Shown: positions 1 through 9,605 of the stretch, one piece after another
Layout: each line of letters begins with the position of its first letter
Numbering within the stretch: position 1 is the first letter of the stretch
Assembly (NCBI GenBank): GCA_045638245.1
Contig: JAZUAZ010000237.1
Location: 1-62,676 of the forward strand
Reading direction: 5' to 3'
Source: Acutalibacteraceae bacterium
Lineage (GTDB): Bacteria; Bacillota; Clostridia; Oscillospirales; Acutalibacteraceae
DNA length: 62,676 nt
The notes under the pieces: generated by a model
What the model was told of the DNA's origin: nothing
What the model saw: only the letters and a program-made list of their open reading frames with translations
Database searches by the model: none
Program-made: the position numbers and the translations under genes

Positions 1-213
1 AAAAATTCTCTGTCCTTTTCCTGTCGGTAGGTGTTTTTAAACCGTTATTTAGCAAACTTTTCTATTATAGATGTTTTCTTAAACGTCGTTAAGAGGTTTA
101 CACTAATAGCAAGATCTTTGTTTTTTAAATCTCAAGAAAACCATGTGTCCATTACACGCATTTTAGCGGAAATAAAAGCATACCAATTATAAAAAACTTG
201 AGGGGGAAAACAA

Positions 214-1368
214 GTGAAAAGATTTTTACCGAAGGTATTACCGATAATGTTGATAATAGTCATAGCCTTGCAAAACATCAGCATTGTATTCGCACAAGAC
301 AGTGCAATAACAGTAAGCGCGAAGGCAGCGATCCTGATGGAACAGGAAACCGGTGAAATACTTTATGAAATGAATGCGAAAGAGAGGCGGGCAAGCGGTT
401 CGGTGACAAAACTGATGTCTATCCTTCTGTTCATGGAAGCAATTGATAAAGGTGCGTACACATTGACCGATATAGTTACAGTAAGCGAGTTTGCAAATTC
501 TATGGGCGGTTCTGAAATATGGCTCGAGGTTGGCGAAAAAATGAGTGTTGATGACCTGCTCAAAGCAATTATCATACAGTCCGCAAATGATGCGACAGTT
601 GCGCTTGCGGAACATACTGCGGGCTCGGAGGAAGAATTTCTTAAACAGATGAACGAACGTGCAGCTCAGCTTGGAATGAATGATACTTATTATCTAAATA
701 CAACAGGATTTGATGAAGAAGGACAATACACCTGTGCTTACGACATCGCATTGGTTGCGCGAGAGCTGATGAAACATTCTCTTGTATTCAATTATACGAC
801 AATATGGATGGATGAACTGCGTGACGGGAAGACTATGCTTACAAACACGAACAAACTTCTTAAAACGTATTCGGGAATCACAGGACTTAAAACGGGTACT
901 ACTGACGATGCGGGAAATTGCTTTTGCGGTACGGCACAGCGGGACGGAATGAACTTGATTTCAGTCGTTCTCGGCAGTGAAACTTCAGATGAGAGATTTT
1001 CCGCAAGCAGAGTTTTGTTGGATTACGGATTCGCTCGATGGTCAGTTTGCAAACTGCCGCTTGAGGAGATAGAACTTCCGTCGATAAAGGTAATTGGCGG
1101 TATGGAGACAGAAATATGCGGAGAGCTTTCAACAAAAGAAATGACACTTCTTGTGCCTAAAGGAGCAGCCGATAAAGTAGAAACAACCGTGGTGATGAAT
1201 ACAGATGTAGGCGCACCCGTTGAAAAGGGACAGACGATAGGCGCGGTCTTATTTAAGCTTGACGGAGAAGAATTGGCGCGTATCGCTGTTTTGTCGCAAT
1301 ACAGTGTCGGTGAAATTACAGTGAAGTCTGCCTTTATATCGTTATGGAGCGCTTTTTTGAAGAAATAG
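214..1368 (+). CDS. D-alanyl-D-alanine carboxypeptidase (serine peptidase S11, PBP5-type)
   Basis: GTG start 7 nt after GAGGGGG. Hydrophobic N-terminal signal/anchor. Active-site motifs SVTK (SxxK), SAN (SxN) and KTGTT (KTG). Confidence 0.9.
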   Translation: MKRFLPKVLPIMLIIVIALQNISIVFAQDSAITVSAKAAILMEQETGEILYEMNAKERRASGSVTKLMSILLFMEAIDKGAYTLTDIVTVSEFANSMGGSEIWLEVGEKMSVDDLLKAIIIQSANDATVALAEHTAGSEEEFLKQMNERAAQLGMNDTYYLNTTGFDEEGQYTCAYDIALVARELMKHSLVFNYTTIWMDELRDGKTMLTNTNKLLKTYSGITGLKTGTTDDAGNCFCGTAQRDGMNLISVVLGSETSDERFSASRVLLDYGFARWSVCKLPLEEIELPSIKVIGGMETEICGELSTKEMTLLVPKGAADKVETTVVMNTDVGAPVEKGQTIGAVLFKLDGEELARIAVLSQYSVGEITVKSAFISLWSAFLKK

Positions 1369-1412
1369 TCAAAAAAAATGAAAACATTTTACGAATTTAT
1401 TATTATTTTTGC

Positions 1413-1441
1413 TTGAAAAATGCAGGAATTTATAGTATGAT
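1413..1441 (+). promoter_or_regulatory. candidate sigma-A-type promoter upstream of pgi
   Basis: TTGAAA (1413-1418), 17-nt spacer, TATGAT (1436-1441). It lies about 55 nt upstream of the pgi ATG. Confidence 0.35.
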
Positions 1442-1494
1442 ATATGTAAAGAAAAGAGTTTAGCAACTCATTCGGAAGGAAGTATTAAAATATC

Positions 1495-2835
1495 ATGGCA
1501 GTAACATTAAATGATAAGTATTTAAAGAGCTTTATCAACTCACATGAAATAAAGGCAATCGAACCTCAAATCGTACTTGCTGATCAGCAGTTGCGTTCCG
1601 GTACAGGACTGGGAAATGACTATATCGGATGGGTAACTCTTCCCACAGATTACGACCGTGAGGAGTTTGCAAGAATTAAAAAAGCGGCAGACAAGATTAT
1701 TTCCGACACAGATATCTTCATTGTTATCGGAATCGGCGGTTCTTATCTTGGTGCAAGAGCTGCAATTGAGTTTTTGAAATCACCTCTTTATAACTCATTG
1801 CCGAAGAAAACCCCCGAGATTCATTTTATAGGTAACAGCATAAGCTCCACCATGCTCAGTAATCTGCTTACTTTGTGCGAAGGTAAAAATGTTTCCATCA
1901 ATATGATCTCAAAATCCGGAACAACTACAGAGCCTGCAATTGCGTTTAGAGTTCTTCGTGATATGCTTGAGAAGAAATACGGTAAAGAAGAAGCACGTAA
2001 GCGTATCTATTGCACAACAGACAGAGCAAAGGGTACACTCAAGCAGCTTGCAACACGCGAGGGTTATGAAACCTTCGTAGTTCCGGACGATGTCGGAGGA
2101 AGATTCTCCGTATTGACAGCAGTAGGTCTTTTGCCGATCGCAGTATCCGGTGCAGATATTGATGCATTAATGGCAGGTGCCGCAAAAGCTCAAGCTGACC
2201 TTTCAAATCCTGACATTGATCAGAATCCGGCATATCGTTATGCAGCTTTGAGAAATATCCTTTACAGAAAAGGTAAAGAAGCAGAGATGCTTGTAAGCTA
2301 TGAACCGTCATTCACAATGATGGCAGAGTGGTGGAAGCAGTTGTTCGGTGAGAGTGAAGGAAAAGATCAGAAGGGTATTTATCCGACATCTGCAATCTTT
2401 TCAACAGACCTCCATTCGCTTGGTCAGTATATACAAGAGGGCAGAAGAATCCTTTTTGAAACAGTTGTTCGCATAGAAGAGCCTCAAAAGGAGATCGTCA
2501 TCGGTGAAGATCCGGAGAATGTTGACGGATTGAACTTCCTCAAGGGGCGCACAATGGCGTATGTTAATGAGAAGGCGTATGAAGGAACTGTTTTGGCACA
2601 TACTGACGGCGGCGTTCCGAACATCGTTTTGACAGTTCCCAAGACCGATGAAAATGAGCTTGGATATTTGATCTACTTCTTTGAACTTGCATGCGCAATT
2701 TCCGGTTATGTTCTCGGAGTGAATCCGTTCAACCAGCCCGGCGTTGAAAGTTATAAGAAGAATATGTTTGCATTGCTCGGCAAACCGGGATATGAGGCTG
2801 AAAAACAAGCTCTTGAAGCTCGCCTCGAAAAGTGA
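1495..2835 (+). CDS. pgi: glucose-6-phosphate isomerase
   Basis: 446-aa Firmicute-type PGI. Recognisable blocks are [35 protein letters not shown] and [12 protein letters not shown]. Confidence 0.93.
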   Translation: MAVTLNDKYLKSFINSHEIKAIEPQIVLADQQLRSGTGLGNDYIGWVTLPTDYDREEFARIKKAADKIISDTDIFIVIGIGGSYLGARAAIEFLKSPLYNSLPKKTPEIHFIGNSISSTMLSNLLTLCEGKNVSINMISKSGTTTEPAIAFRVLRDMLEKKYGKEEARKRIYCTTDRAKGTLKQLATREGYETFVVPDDVGGRFSVLTAVGLLPIAVSGADIDALMAGAAKAQADLSNPDIDQNPAYRYAALRNILYRKGKEAEMLVSYEPSFTMMAEWWKQLFGESEGKDQKGIYPTSAIFSTDLHSLGQYIQEGRRILFETVVRIEEPQKEIVIGEDPENVDGLNFLKGRTMAYVNEKAYEGTVLAHTDGGVPNIVLTVPKTDENELGYLIYFFELACAISGYVLGVNPFNQPGVESYKKNMFALLGKPGYEAEKQALEARLEK

Positions 2836-2894
2836 TATAATAAGTGTAGGGCAGTTCCCGCGTAAGCGGAAAAAATATATTGGAGGTATATAAA

Positions 2895-3311
2895 ATGATT
2901 ACATTGATTGTAGGCAAAAAAGGAACAGGCAAAACAAAGAAGCTTATTCAGATGGTAAACGATGCTGTAGTCGCTTCCAGTGGTAATGTTGTTTGCATTG
3001 AAAAAGGCACAATGATGACCTACGATATTACACATAAGGCACGTCTTGTAGATATTGAAGAGTATGCAGTAAAGGGCTATGATGCCCTCTACGGATTCAT
3101 CGCAGGAATTTGCGCAGGTAACTACGATGTTACAGATATATTTGTTGATTCCACACGTAAAATTGTAGGTGAAGAAATCGATCCGATGGTAGATTTTGTT
3201 GAGAGACTTGCGAAGCTTTCCGAACTCAGAAAAACAACTATTACATTGTCGGTTTCTGCTGCTGTTGAAGAAATTCCAGAAGCAATCCGTTCGATGATCC
3301 TGGAAATTTGA
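2895..3311 (+). CDS. small stand-alone P-loop NTPase-like protein (function unknown)
   Basis: ATG 8 nt after GGAGG; the upstream TTG at 2880 has no SD. Walker A is GKKGTGKT. A possible Walker B is DIFVDS. Only 138 aa. Confidence 0.6.
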   Translation: MITLIVGKKGTGKTKKLIQMVNDAVVASSGNVVCIEKGTMMTYDITHKARLVDIEEYAVKGYDALYGFIAGICAGNYDVTDIFVDSTRKIVGEEIDPMVDFVERLAKLSELRKTTITLSVSAAVEEIPEAIRSMILEI

Positions 3312-3361
3312 TTAATACGAAGCTACTGAAATACCAGGCCGAAAAAAGCTAAAAAAGTATA

Positions 3362-3390
3362 TTGACAAAACCACGAATGTTTAGTATAAT
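3362..3390 (+). promoter_or_regulatory. consensus sigma-A-type promoter of the yceD-rpmF unit
   Basis: Perfect TTGACA (3362-3367), exact 17-nt spacer, perfect TATAAT (3385-3390). Confidence 0.55.
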
Positions 3391-3417
3391 ACTACGAGTG
3401 GTGTCGAGGTGTGTTCA

Positions 3418-3915
3418 ATGATCTTAGATCTTAGAAAGGTATTCAACGGGGAAAAAAAGAAAATTTTATTTTCTGTGACTCTGGATTGGTCGGAGGAAAG
3501 TTACAACGCTTGCAAGCCGTTTGCAGCACCTGTTGAAGTATCGGGAATTGCATCGAACACTTCCGAAATCGTCTTATTGCAGTATCGTGCGGTCACAAAG
3601 CTGAGAATGCCGTGTGACAGATGCGCGAACGAAACCGAACAGGAGTTCGCAAGAGATTTTGAACACGTTTTGGTGTCTTATCTTGACGGAGAAGATACCG
3701 GAGAGGTGCTTGAAATCGGAAATAAACTCCGATTGGATATAGACGAGCTTGTACGCGACGATATGCTGCTTGAATTTCCGACCAAATTTCTCTGTAACGA
3801 GGACTGTAAGGGACTGTGTTTTATTTGCGGTGCCAATCTCAATGACGGAGATTGCGGATGCAATAAAGAAAATACAGATCCAAGGTTGGAAATCTTAAAC
3901 GATTTATTAAGTTAA
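3418..3915 (+). CDS. yceD: YceD/DUF177 family protein (large-subunit rRNA accumulation protein)
   Basis: ATG 9 nt after GAGGTG. C-terminal Cys cluster CNEDCKGLCFICGANLNDGDCGC. Conserved position immediately upstream of rpmF. Confidence 0.85.
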   Translation: MILDLRKVFNGEKKKILFSVTLDWSEESYNACKPFAAPVEVSGIASNTSEIVLLQYRAVTKLRMPCDRCANETEQEFARDFEHVLVSYLDGEDTGEVLEIGNKLRLDIDELVRDDMLLEFPTKFLCNEDCKGLCFICGANLNDGDCGCNKENTDPRLEILNDLLS

Positions 3916-3950
3916 GAGAATTCCTTATTTCAGACAAGGAGGTGCTGAAG

Positions 3951-4136
3951 ATGGCGGTACCGAAGAGTAAAGTATCCAAGGCAAGAAGAGATAAGAGACG
4001 TTCAAATGTGTGGAAGCTTGACGCTCCGACACTTGTAAGATGCAAGCAGTGCGGTGCATATACTGTACCCCACAAGGTTTGTGCTGAGTGTGGCTATTAC
4101 AAGGGCAAGCAGGTTGTTGTTAAGGACGAAGACTAA
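3951..4136 (+). CDS. rpmF: 50S ribosomal protein L32
   Basis: MAVPKSKVSKARRDKRR N-terminus, a CxxC...CxxC zinc ribbon, and AAGGAGG as SD. The track ORF starts at an upstream GTG. Confidence 0.95.
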   Translation: MAVPKSKVSKARRDKRRSNVWKLDAPTLVRCKQCGAYTVPHKVCAECGYYKGKQVVVKDED

Positions 4137-4151
4137 GCCTTTGGAACTTGA

Positions 4152-4186
4152 GAGGTGGAGAAGCTGAGGCTTTCTTCACCTTTTTT
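4152..4186 (+). terminator. intrinsic terminator after rpmF
   Basis: GAGGTGGAGAAGC / GCTTTCTTCACC stem with one bulge and a TGAG loop, followed by T6 (4181-4186). Confidence 0.6.
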
Positions 4187-4206
4187 ATTGATTGTGAGGT
4201 GAGAGT

Positions 4207-5511
4207 ATGGCAGTTGAAATCAAGTCAGTAAAGAAATTTTCAGCTCTTTATTTCAAAGGAGTGAAGGCGGGAGATAAACTCAATAGCATCAACGGTAACA
4301 AAATCAGTGACTTTCTTGATTACGAGTTTTACATTAAAGACGAAAAGCTCCTTTTTGAGTTTGAGCATAAAGGAAAAGTAAGAAAAGTTAAACTTACAAA
4401 AAAGACCTACGATGATGTTGGTCTGGAGTTTGATAACTATCTTATGGCTAAGCCGCAAAGATGCAAGAATAACTGTATTTTCTGCTTTATAGATCAGAAT
4501 CCGAAAGGTATGCGTGAAAGCATATATTTCAAGGATGATGACTCGAGACTTTCGTTTCTTTTCGGCAACTATATTACTCTCACGAATCTTACCGATGAGG
4601 ATATTGACAGAATTATAAAGATGCACATTTCTCCCGTCAATATTTCTGTTCACACAATGAACAAAGATCTTCGCGTGAAAATGATGAAGAACAAAAATGC
4701 GGGTGAATGTCTCAGTTACATCAAAAGACTTGCTGATGCAGGCATAGAAATCAACGCACAACTTGTTTTGTGTCCCGGAATAAATGACGGGGAAGAACTT
4801 AAATACAGTCTCGATGAACTTGCAAAGCTCTATCCTGCAGTTCAAAGTATAGCTGCCGTACCTGTGGGTGTAACGAAGCATCGAGAGGGCCTTTTTGATA
4901 TGCCTTCATACACAAAAGAAAGCTCATCAGAGGTTATTGAAATCATTACGTCTTTTGGTGATGCTTTCAAGTTAGAGCACGGTACAAGACTTGCCTATGC
5001 GTCAGATGAATTTTATCTCAGGGCAGAAAAAGAAATGCCTGACGCCGGATATTACGAAAACTATCCGCAGATTGATAACGGAGTCGGTATGTGGACAAGC
5101 TTTAATGATGAGATATCAAATGTGACTGAACAACTTGATAAAAAAGCCGATATAAACAGAAGCCTGAGTGTCGCGACCGGCACTGCAGCATATCCGTTGA
5201 TTAAAAATATCTGCGACAGATTGATGATTTTATATCCGAAGCTGCTTGTTGATGTTTACGAAATTAAAAACAATTTTTACGGTCATTCTGTTACGGTTGC
5301 AGGTCTTATCACTGCAGGGGATATGATAAGTCAGCTGAAAGACAAGCCATTACACGGAAATCTTCTGATACCTGATGTAATGCTTAATAGTGACGGTGAG
5401 TTATTTTTGGATAACCTTTCAGTTGAAGATGTTGAAAAAGCCTTGAATGTGTCTGTTACTGTTGTTGTTTCTAATGACGGGGCAGATTTGGTTAGTAAGA
5501 TTATATGTTGA
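4207..5511 (+). CDS. PDZ domain plus radical SAM protein, DUF512 family
   Basis: CKNNCIFC matches the CX3CX2C radical-SAM cluster motif. The N-terminal ~80 aa look PDZ-like. The gene sits directly upstream of der. Confidence 0.8.
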   Translation: MAVEIKSVKKFSALYFKGVKAGDKLNSINGNKISDFLDYEFYIKDEKLLFEFEHKGKVRKVKLTKKTYDDVGLEFDNYLMAKPQRCKNNCIFCFIDQNPKGMRESIYFKDDDSRLSFLFGNYITLTNLTDEDIDRIIKMHISPVNISVHTMNKDLRVKMMKNKNAGECLSYIKRLADAGIEINAQLVLCPGINDGEELKYSLDELAKLYPAVQSIAAVPVGVTKHREGLFDMPSYTKESSSEVIEIITSFGDAFKLEHGTRLAYASDEFYLRAEKEMPDAGYYENYPQIDNGVGMWTSFNDEISNVTEQLDKKADINRSLSVATGTAAYPLIKNICDRLMILYPKLLVDVYEIKNNFYGHSVTVAGLITAGDMISQLKDKPLHGNLLIPDVMLNSDGELFLDNLSVEDVEKALNVSVTVVVSNDGADLVSKIIC

Positions 5512-5535
5512 TTTTATATTAAGGAGGCGATAATT

Positions 5536-6858
5536 ATGGCAAGACCTATCGTTGCCATTGTCGGCAGACCGAACGTTGGTAAATCCACACTTTTTAATAA
5601 GCTTATAGGTCAGCGTCTTTCCATCGTTGATGACACTCCCGGTGTTACAAGAGACCGTATTTACGGTGATTGTGAATGGCTTAACCGCCATTTCCTTCTG
5701 ATTGATACAGGTGGTATTGAACCCAAGAGTGATGATATAATTTTAAAGCAGATGCGCCGTCAGGCTCAGCTTGCTATTGATTCTGCTGATGTTATCGTAC
5801 TTGTCACCGACATCAGAACAGGTGTAGTTGCAACTGATGCTGATGTTGCCGCTATGCTTCAGAAAAGCGGCAAACCGATTATTCTTTGTGTAAATAAGTG
5901 TGATACTGTAGGTGAAATGCCTCTTGAGTATTATGAGTTTTACAATCTCGGACTCGGTGATCCTATTGCAATTTCTTCTGTGCACGGTCACGGTACAGGT
6001 GATCTTCTTGATGCAGTGCTGGAATATCTGCCTGAAGATACAGAAGAGGTGAGTGAGGATGAAACTATCAAGGTAGCAGTAATCGGCAAACCTAATGTAG
6101 GTAAATCTTCTCTTATCAATGCGATTTCAGGTGAAGAAAGAGCTATTGTTTCAAATATTGCAGGTACAACAAGAGATGCTACCGATACTTTCATTTCAAA
6201 CGAATACGGTGAGTTTATGTTTATAGATACTGCCGGACTTCGCAGGAAGAGTAAGGTTGAGGATCAGATTGAAAAATATTCTGTAATAAGAGCAAAAATG
6301 GCCGTTGAACGTGCATCGGTTTGTGTTATTATGATTGATGCGGTTGAAGGCTTTACAGAGCAGGACAGTAAGGTTGCAGGTATAGCTCATGAAATGGGTA
6401 AAGCTTGTATTATTGCCGTTAACAAATGGGATGCTCTGGAAAAAGACGGTAAAACTATGGACAGTTACCGTAAAAAGCTTATGAACGACTTTTCGTTCAT
6501 GTCCTATGCACCGATTATTTTCATATCCGCTAAGACAGGACAGAGACTTGACAGACTTTTTGAGCTCATCAAATTTGTTGACGAGCAGAATTCAATGAGA
6601 ATATCTACAGGAAAGCTCAATGACGTACTTGCCGCCGCAACAACAAGAGTTCAGCCGCCTACGGATAAAGGAAAGAGACTTAAAATATATTATATGACTC
6701 AGGCTTCAACAAGACCGCCTACGTTTGTATGCTTTGTCAACGATAAAGAACTGTTCCATTACAGCTATCAGCGTTATCTTGACAATCAGATAAGAGAAGT
6801 ATTCGGCCTTGAGGGTACTCCCACAAGATTCGTTATCCGAGAGCGAGATAAGAAGTAA
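5536..6858 (+). CDS. der: ribosome-biogenesis GTPase Der (EngA)
   Basis: Two tandem GTPase domains (GRPNVGKST...DTGG...NKCD and GKPNVGKSS...DTAG...NKWD) plus a C-terminal KH-like domain. Confidence 0.95.
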   Translation: MARPIVAIVGRPNVGKSTLFNKLIGQRLSIVDDTPGVTRDRIYGDCEWLNRHFLLIDTGGIEPKSDDIILKQMRRQAQLAIDSADVIVLVTDIRTGVVATDADVAAMLQKSGKPIILCVNKCDTVGEMPLEYYEFYNLGLGDPIAISSVHGHGTGDLLDAVLEYLPEDTEEVSEDETIKVAVIGKPNVGKSSLINAISGEERAIVSNIAGTTRDATDTFISNEYGEFMFIDTAGLRRKSKVEDQIEKYSVIRAKMAVERASVCVIMIDAVEGFTEQDSKVAGIAHEMGKACIIAVNKWDALEKDGKTMDSYRKKLMNDFSFMSYAPIIFISAKTGQRLDRLFELIKFVDEQNSMRISTGKLNDVLAAATTRVQPPTDKGKRLKIYYMTQASTRPPTFVCFVNDKELFHYSYQRYLDNQIREVFGLEGTPTRFVIRERDKK

Positions 6859-6895
6859 ACTGTTTTTTAACATTTTTTTACCAATATTCAATATA

Positions 6896-6924
6896 TTGAC
6901 ATTAAAATTCCTTTTTGATATACT
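6896..6924 (+). promoter_or_regulatory. sigma-A-type promoter of the dlt-like operon
   Basis: TTGACA (6896-6901), 17-nt spacer, TATACT (6919-6924). Confidence 0.5.
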
Positions 6925-6967
6925 GTAAAAGGTTTAAAATATTTTTAGTAAAAGACGAGGTATCGTA

Positions 6968-8488
6968 ATGCTTACAAATGTCCTTGATTATTTAGACAGA
7001 AGTGTGTCACTTTATGCAGATAAAATTGCTCTTTCCGACAGTAAAAACGCAGCAACATACGCTGAACTCGGAATGAAGTCTGACTCTATCGGCTCTGCAA
7101 TTATCGATAGAAGCGGAACCAAGAACTCACCTGTTGTTGTGTTCATCGACAGAAATATCGAGTCAGTCATTTCGTTTATGGGTGTAGCAAAGAGCGGTAA
7201 CTTTTATGTTCCCATTGATCGCCAGCTTCCTGTTAAGCGTGTTGAGTTGATTGTTGAAACTTTACAGCCAAAAGCTGCAATTATTTGGGAAAAAGACAAT
7301 AAAATTCTTGATGAGATCAATTTCTCAGGTGAAAGAATTTTATATGATGATGCAATTGCACATGAAGTTAATGCTGATGCACTTAAGAGTGTAAGAGATA
7401 AAGCAATTGATACCGATCCTCTGTATGCTATATTTACATCAGGGTCAACAGGCGTACCAAAGGGTGTACTTGTCTGCCACAGAAGTGTAATTGATCTTAT
7501 TGAAAACTTTGCTGAAACCTTTGATTTTGACGATACAAGGGTATTTGGTAATCAGGCACCGTTTGATTTCGACGTTTCTGTTAAGGATATTTATTCCTGC
7601 ATCAGAAACGGTGGCTCAATGCACGTGATTCCTAAGCTTTTCTTCTCATTCCCCGCAAAGCTTATTGCTTGCATCAATGAAAGAAAGATAAATACGATCA
7701 TCTGGGCTACATCAGCTTTAAGAATTATTGAAAATCTCAATGCTCTTGAAAAGACACTCCCCGAAACACTCAGAACAATAATGTTCTCAGGCGAGGTTAT
7801 GCCTAATAAGGTTCTCAATTATTGGAGAAATAAATTACCTGATGTTAATTATGTAAATCTCTACGGACCTACTGAAATTACATGTAACTGTCTTTATTAC
7901 AAGGTTGACAGACCTTTTAATGATGAAGATGCACTTCCTATCGGTATACCGTTCAGAAACACTGATATTCTTCTGCTTGACGGCGATACACTTATAACCG
8001 AACCCGGTGTTAAGGGTGAAATCTGTGTAAGAGGTACATCACTTGCACACGGATATTATAATAATCCCGAAAAGACTGCAGAGGCATTCTGTCAGAATCC
8101 TCTCAACAAAGTTTATCCGGAGCTTATTTACCGTACGGGTGACCTTGCAAAATACGGTGAAGACGGTCTTATATACTTTGTTTCACGTAAGGATTATCAG
8201 ATTAAGCACATGGGCCACAGAATTGAGCTCAGTGAAGTTGAAATTGCTATTAACTCTCTTCCTTATATTGATGCAGGATGTTGCATTTATGACAAGCCGA
8301 ATGAACAGATCGTACTTTTCTATCAGTCTGCAAATGAATGCGAGAGAGAGATTATGAAAGACGGCACCAAGCTTCTCCCGAAGTATATGATGCCCAACAG
8401 ATTCATACACTTCACAGAACTGCCTATGACAAAGAATGCAAAAATTGACCGTGTTAAGTTGAAAGGGGAATATCTCGGTAATGATTAA
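6968..8488 (+). CDS. dltA: DltA-like amino acid--carrier protein ligase (adenylate-forming)
   Basis: TSGSTGVPKG, NQAPFDFDVSV, YGPTE, YRTGD and a C-terminal K in NAKIDR. Close block-by-block resemblance to B. subtilis DltA as I recall it. FSGEV replaces FCGEV. Confidence 0.85.
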   Translation: MLTNVLDYLDRSVSLYADKIALSDSKNAATYAELGMKSDSIGSAIIDRSGTKNSPVVVFIDRNIESVISFMGVAKSGNFYVPIDRQLPVKRVELIVETLQPKAAIIWEKDNKILDEINFSGERILYDDAIAHEVNADALKSVRDKAIDTDPLYAIFTSGSTGVPKGVLVCHRSVIDLIENFAETFDFDDTRVFGNQAPFDFDVSVKDIYSCIRNGGSMHVIPKLFFSFPAKLIACINERKINTIIWATSALRIIENLNALEKTLPETLRTIMFSGEVMPNKVLNYWRNKLPDVNYVNLYGPTEITCNCLYYKVDRPFNDEDALPIGIPFRNTDILLLDGDTLITEPGVKGEICVRGTSLAHGYYNNPEKTAEAFCQNPLNKVYPELIYRTGDLAKYGEDGLIYFVSRKDYQIKHMGHRIELSEVEIAINSLPYIDAGCCIYDKPNEQIVLFYQSANECEREIMKDGTKLLPKYMMPNRFIHFTELPMTKNAKIDRVKLKGEYLGND

Positions 8489-9323
8489 AATTGAGAATTC
8501 CACACAGTTTAACTCAATTGTTAAAGATTTCAGAACTAAGTACGGCAAACCGCTTTCAAACTGTTTTCTTATGCCGGCAGAGATTGATACTCTTGCAAGT
8601 GAGAACAGACTTTTTATTGATGAATATCCCGGTTGGCTTCTTATTATCTGTGATAGAGAAGACTACAGTAATCTCTATTATTATACAGTAGAAGGCTCTG
8701 ATACAAGCTTTTTAAAAGAGTTTATGAAGGGGATTTCAGACAAAGAAGTTTATCTTGATATTGTAACGAGAATGGGCAGAGGGGATAATGATACCCCCGC
8801 AAGACTTGTTGCAGACGGACTTGCAGAAAAATATAAATCCTATCAGCGCATGCAGCTTGCGGCTAAAGATATTGATTTCAGCTCTCTTGAAATAAGTGTT
8901 GCTAAGGGCTACTGTTTACGTGAAGACTACTTCAATCCTGATGAATTTAACAATCTCTGGAAGTCGGCTCTTGATGAAAAAAGTACGCCTCTTCCCACTG
9001 ATGATGAGCTTAAATTGCTTTGTGATGACGGTTGCCTTTTCAGCGTTACTGATTGTGAGGAAAATCTTGCAGGCGTTGTAATGCTCACCTTAAGCTCAAA
9101 GCAGGCACTGATTCAGCACCTTGCAGTTTCAGTAAATCATCGCAGAAAAGGTCTTGCTCTGAGTCTTTTTAACAAGTGTTTTCTTGCAGCAAAAGAAAAA
9201 GAGCTTACCATGCTGAGACTTTGGGTTGACCGCGAAAACTTGTCAGCTATCGCACTTTATGACCGTACAGGATTTACTACTGACGGTATGATCTGCGATC
9301 AACTATATATGAAAGGAAAATAA
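8481..9323 (+). CDS. two-lobed GNAT family acyltransferase embedded in the dlt-like operon
   Basis: The ATG overlaps the ligase stop (ATGATTAA). The C-terminal half has the acetyl-CoA motif NHRRKGLALSLF and LYDRTGF. The N-terminal lobe lacks this motif. Confidence 0.75.
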   Translation: MIKIENSTQFNSIVKDFRTKYGKPLSNCFLMPAEIDTLASENRLFIDEYPGWLLIICDREDYSNLYYYTVEGSDTSFLKEFMKGISDKEVYLDIVTRMGRGDNDTPARLVADGLAEKYKSYQRMQLAAKDIDFSSLEISVAKGYCLREDYFNPDEFNNLWKSALDEKSTPLPTDDELKLLCDDGCLFSVTDCEENLAGVVMLTLSSKQALIQHLAVSVNHRRKGLALSLFNKCFLAAKEKELTMLRLWVDRENLSAIALYDRTGFTTDGMICDQLYMKGK

Positions 9324-9327
9324 AATT

Positions 9328-9555
9328 ATGAAAGAACAACTTATGAAAATCCTCAATGAACTTCGTCCCGATGTTGACTTCGAGAACGAAACAGCACTTG
9401 TAACTGACGGTATACTCGACTCATTTGATATTGTTTCACTTGTTGGTGAAATCAATGCTGAGTTTGACATTACCGTAGGTGTTGATGAGCTTGAGCCCGA
9501 GAACTTTGACACTGTTGCAGCGATGCTTGATCTCATTGCTGAACTCGCAGACTAA
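9328..9555 (+). CDS. dltC: D-alanyl carrier protein-like (DltC-type) carrier protein
   Basis: 75 aa and acidic. GILDSFDIVSLV matches the DltC LLDSFGTVELL phosphopantetheine-serine motif. Confidence 0.85.
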   Translation: MKEQLMKILNELRPDVDFENETALVTDGILDSFDIVSLVGEINAEFDITVGVDELEPENFDTVAAMLDLIAELAD

Positions 9556-9563
9556 TTACAATA

Positions 9564-9605
9564 AACACTACCTTGCTTATGTAAGGTAGTGTTCTACTGT
9601 TTTTT
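9564..9605 (+). terminator. intra-operon terminator/attenuator-like hairpin between the carrier-protein and MBOAT genes
   Basis: Perfect 11-bp stem AACACTACCTT (9564-9574) / AAGGTAGTGTT (9583-9593) with an 8-nt loop. A T6 run (9600-9605) follows 6 nt after the stem. Confidence 0.45.

Noticed and set aside
4240-4881. 213-aa minus-strand ORF
   Set aside because: It lies entirely antisense to the motif-bearing DUF512 radical-SAM gene. It has no SD and its composition looks like a mirror-frame artefact of an AT-rich coding strand.
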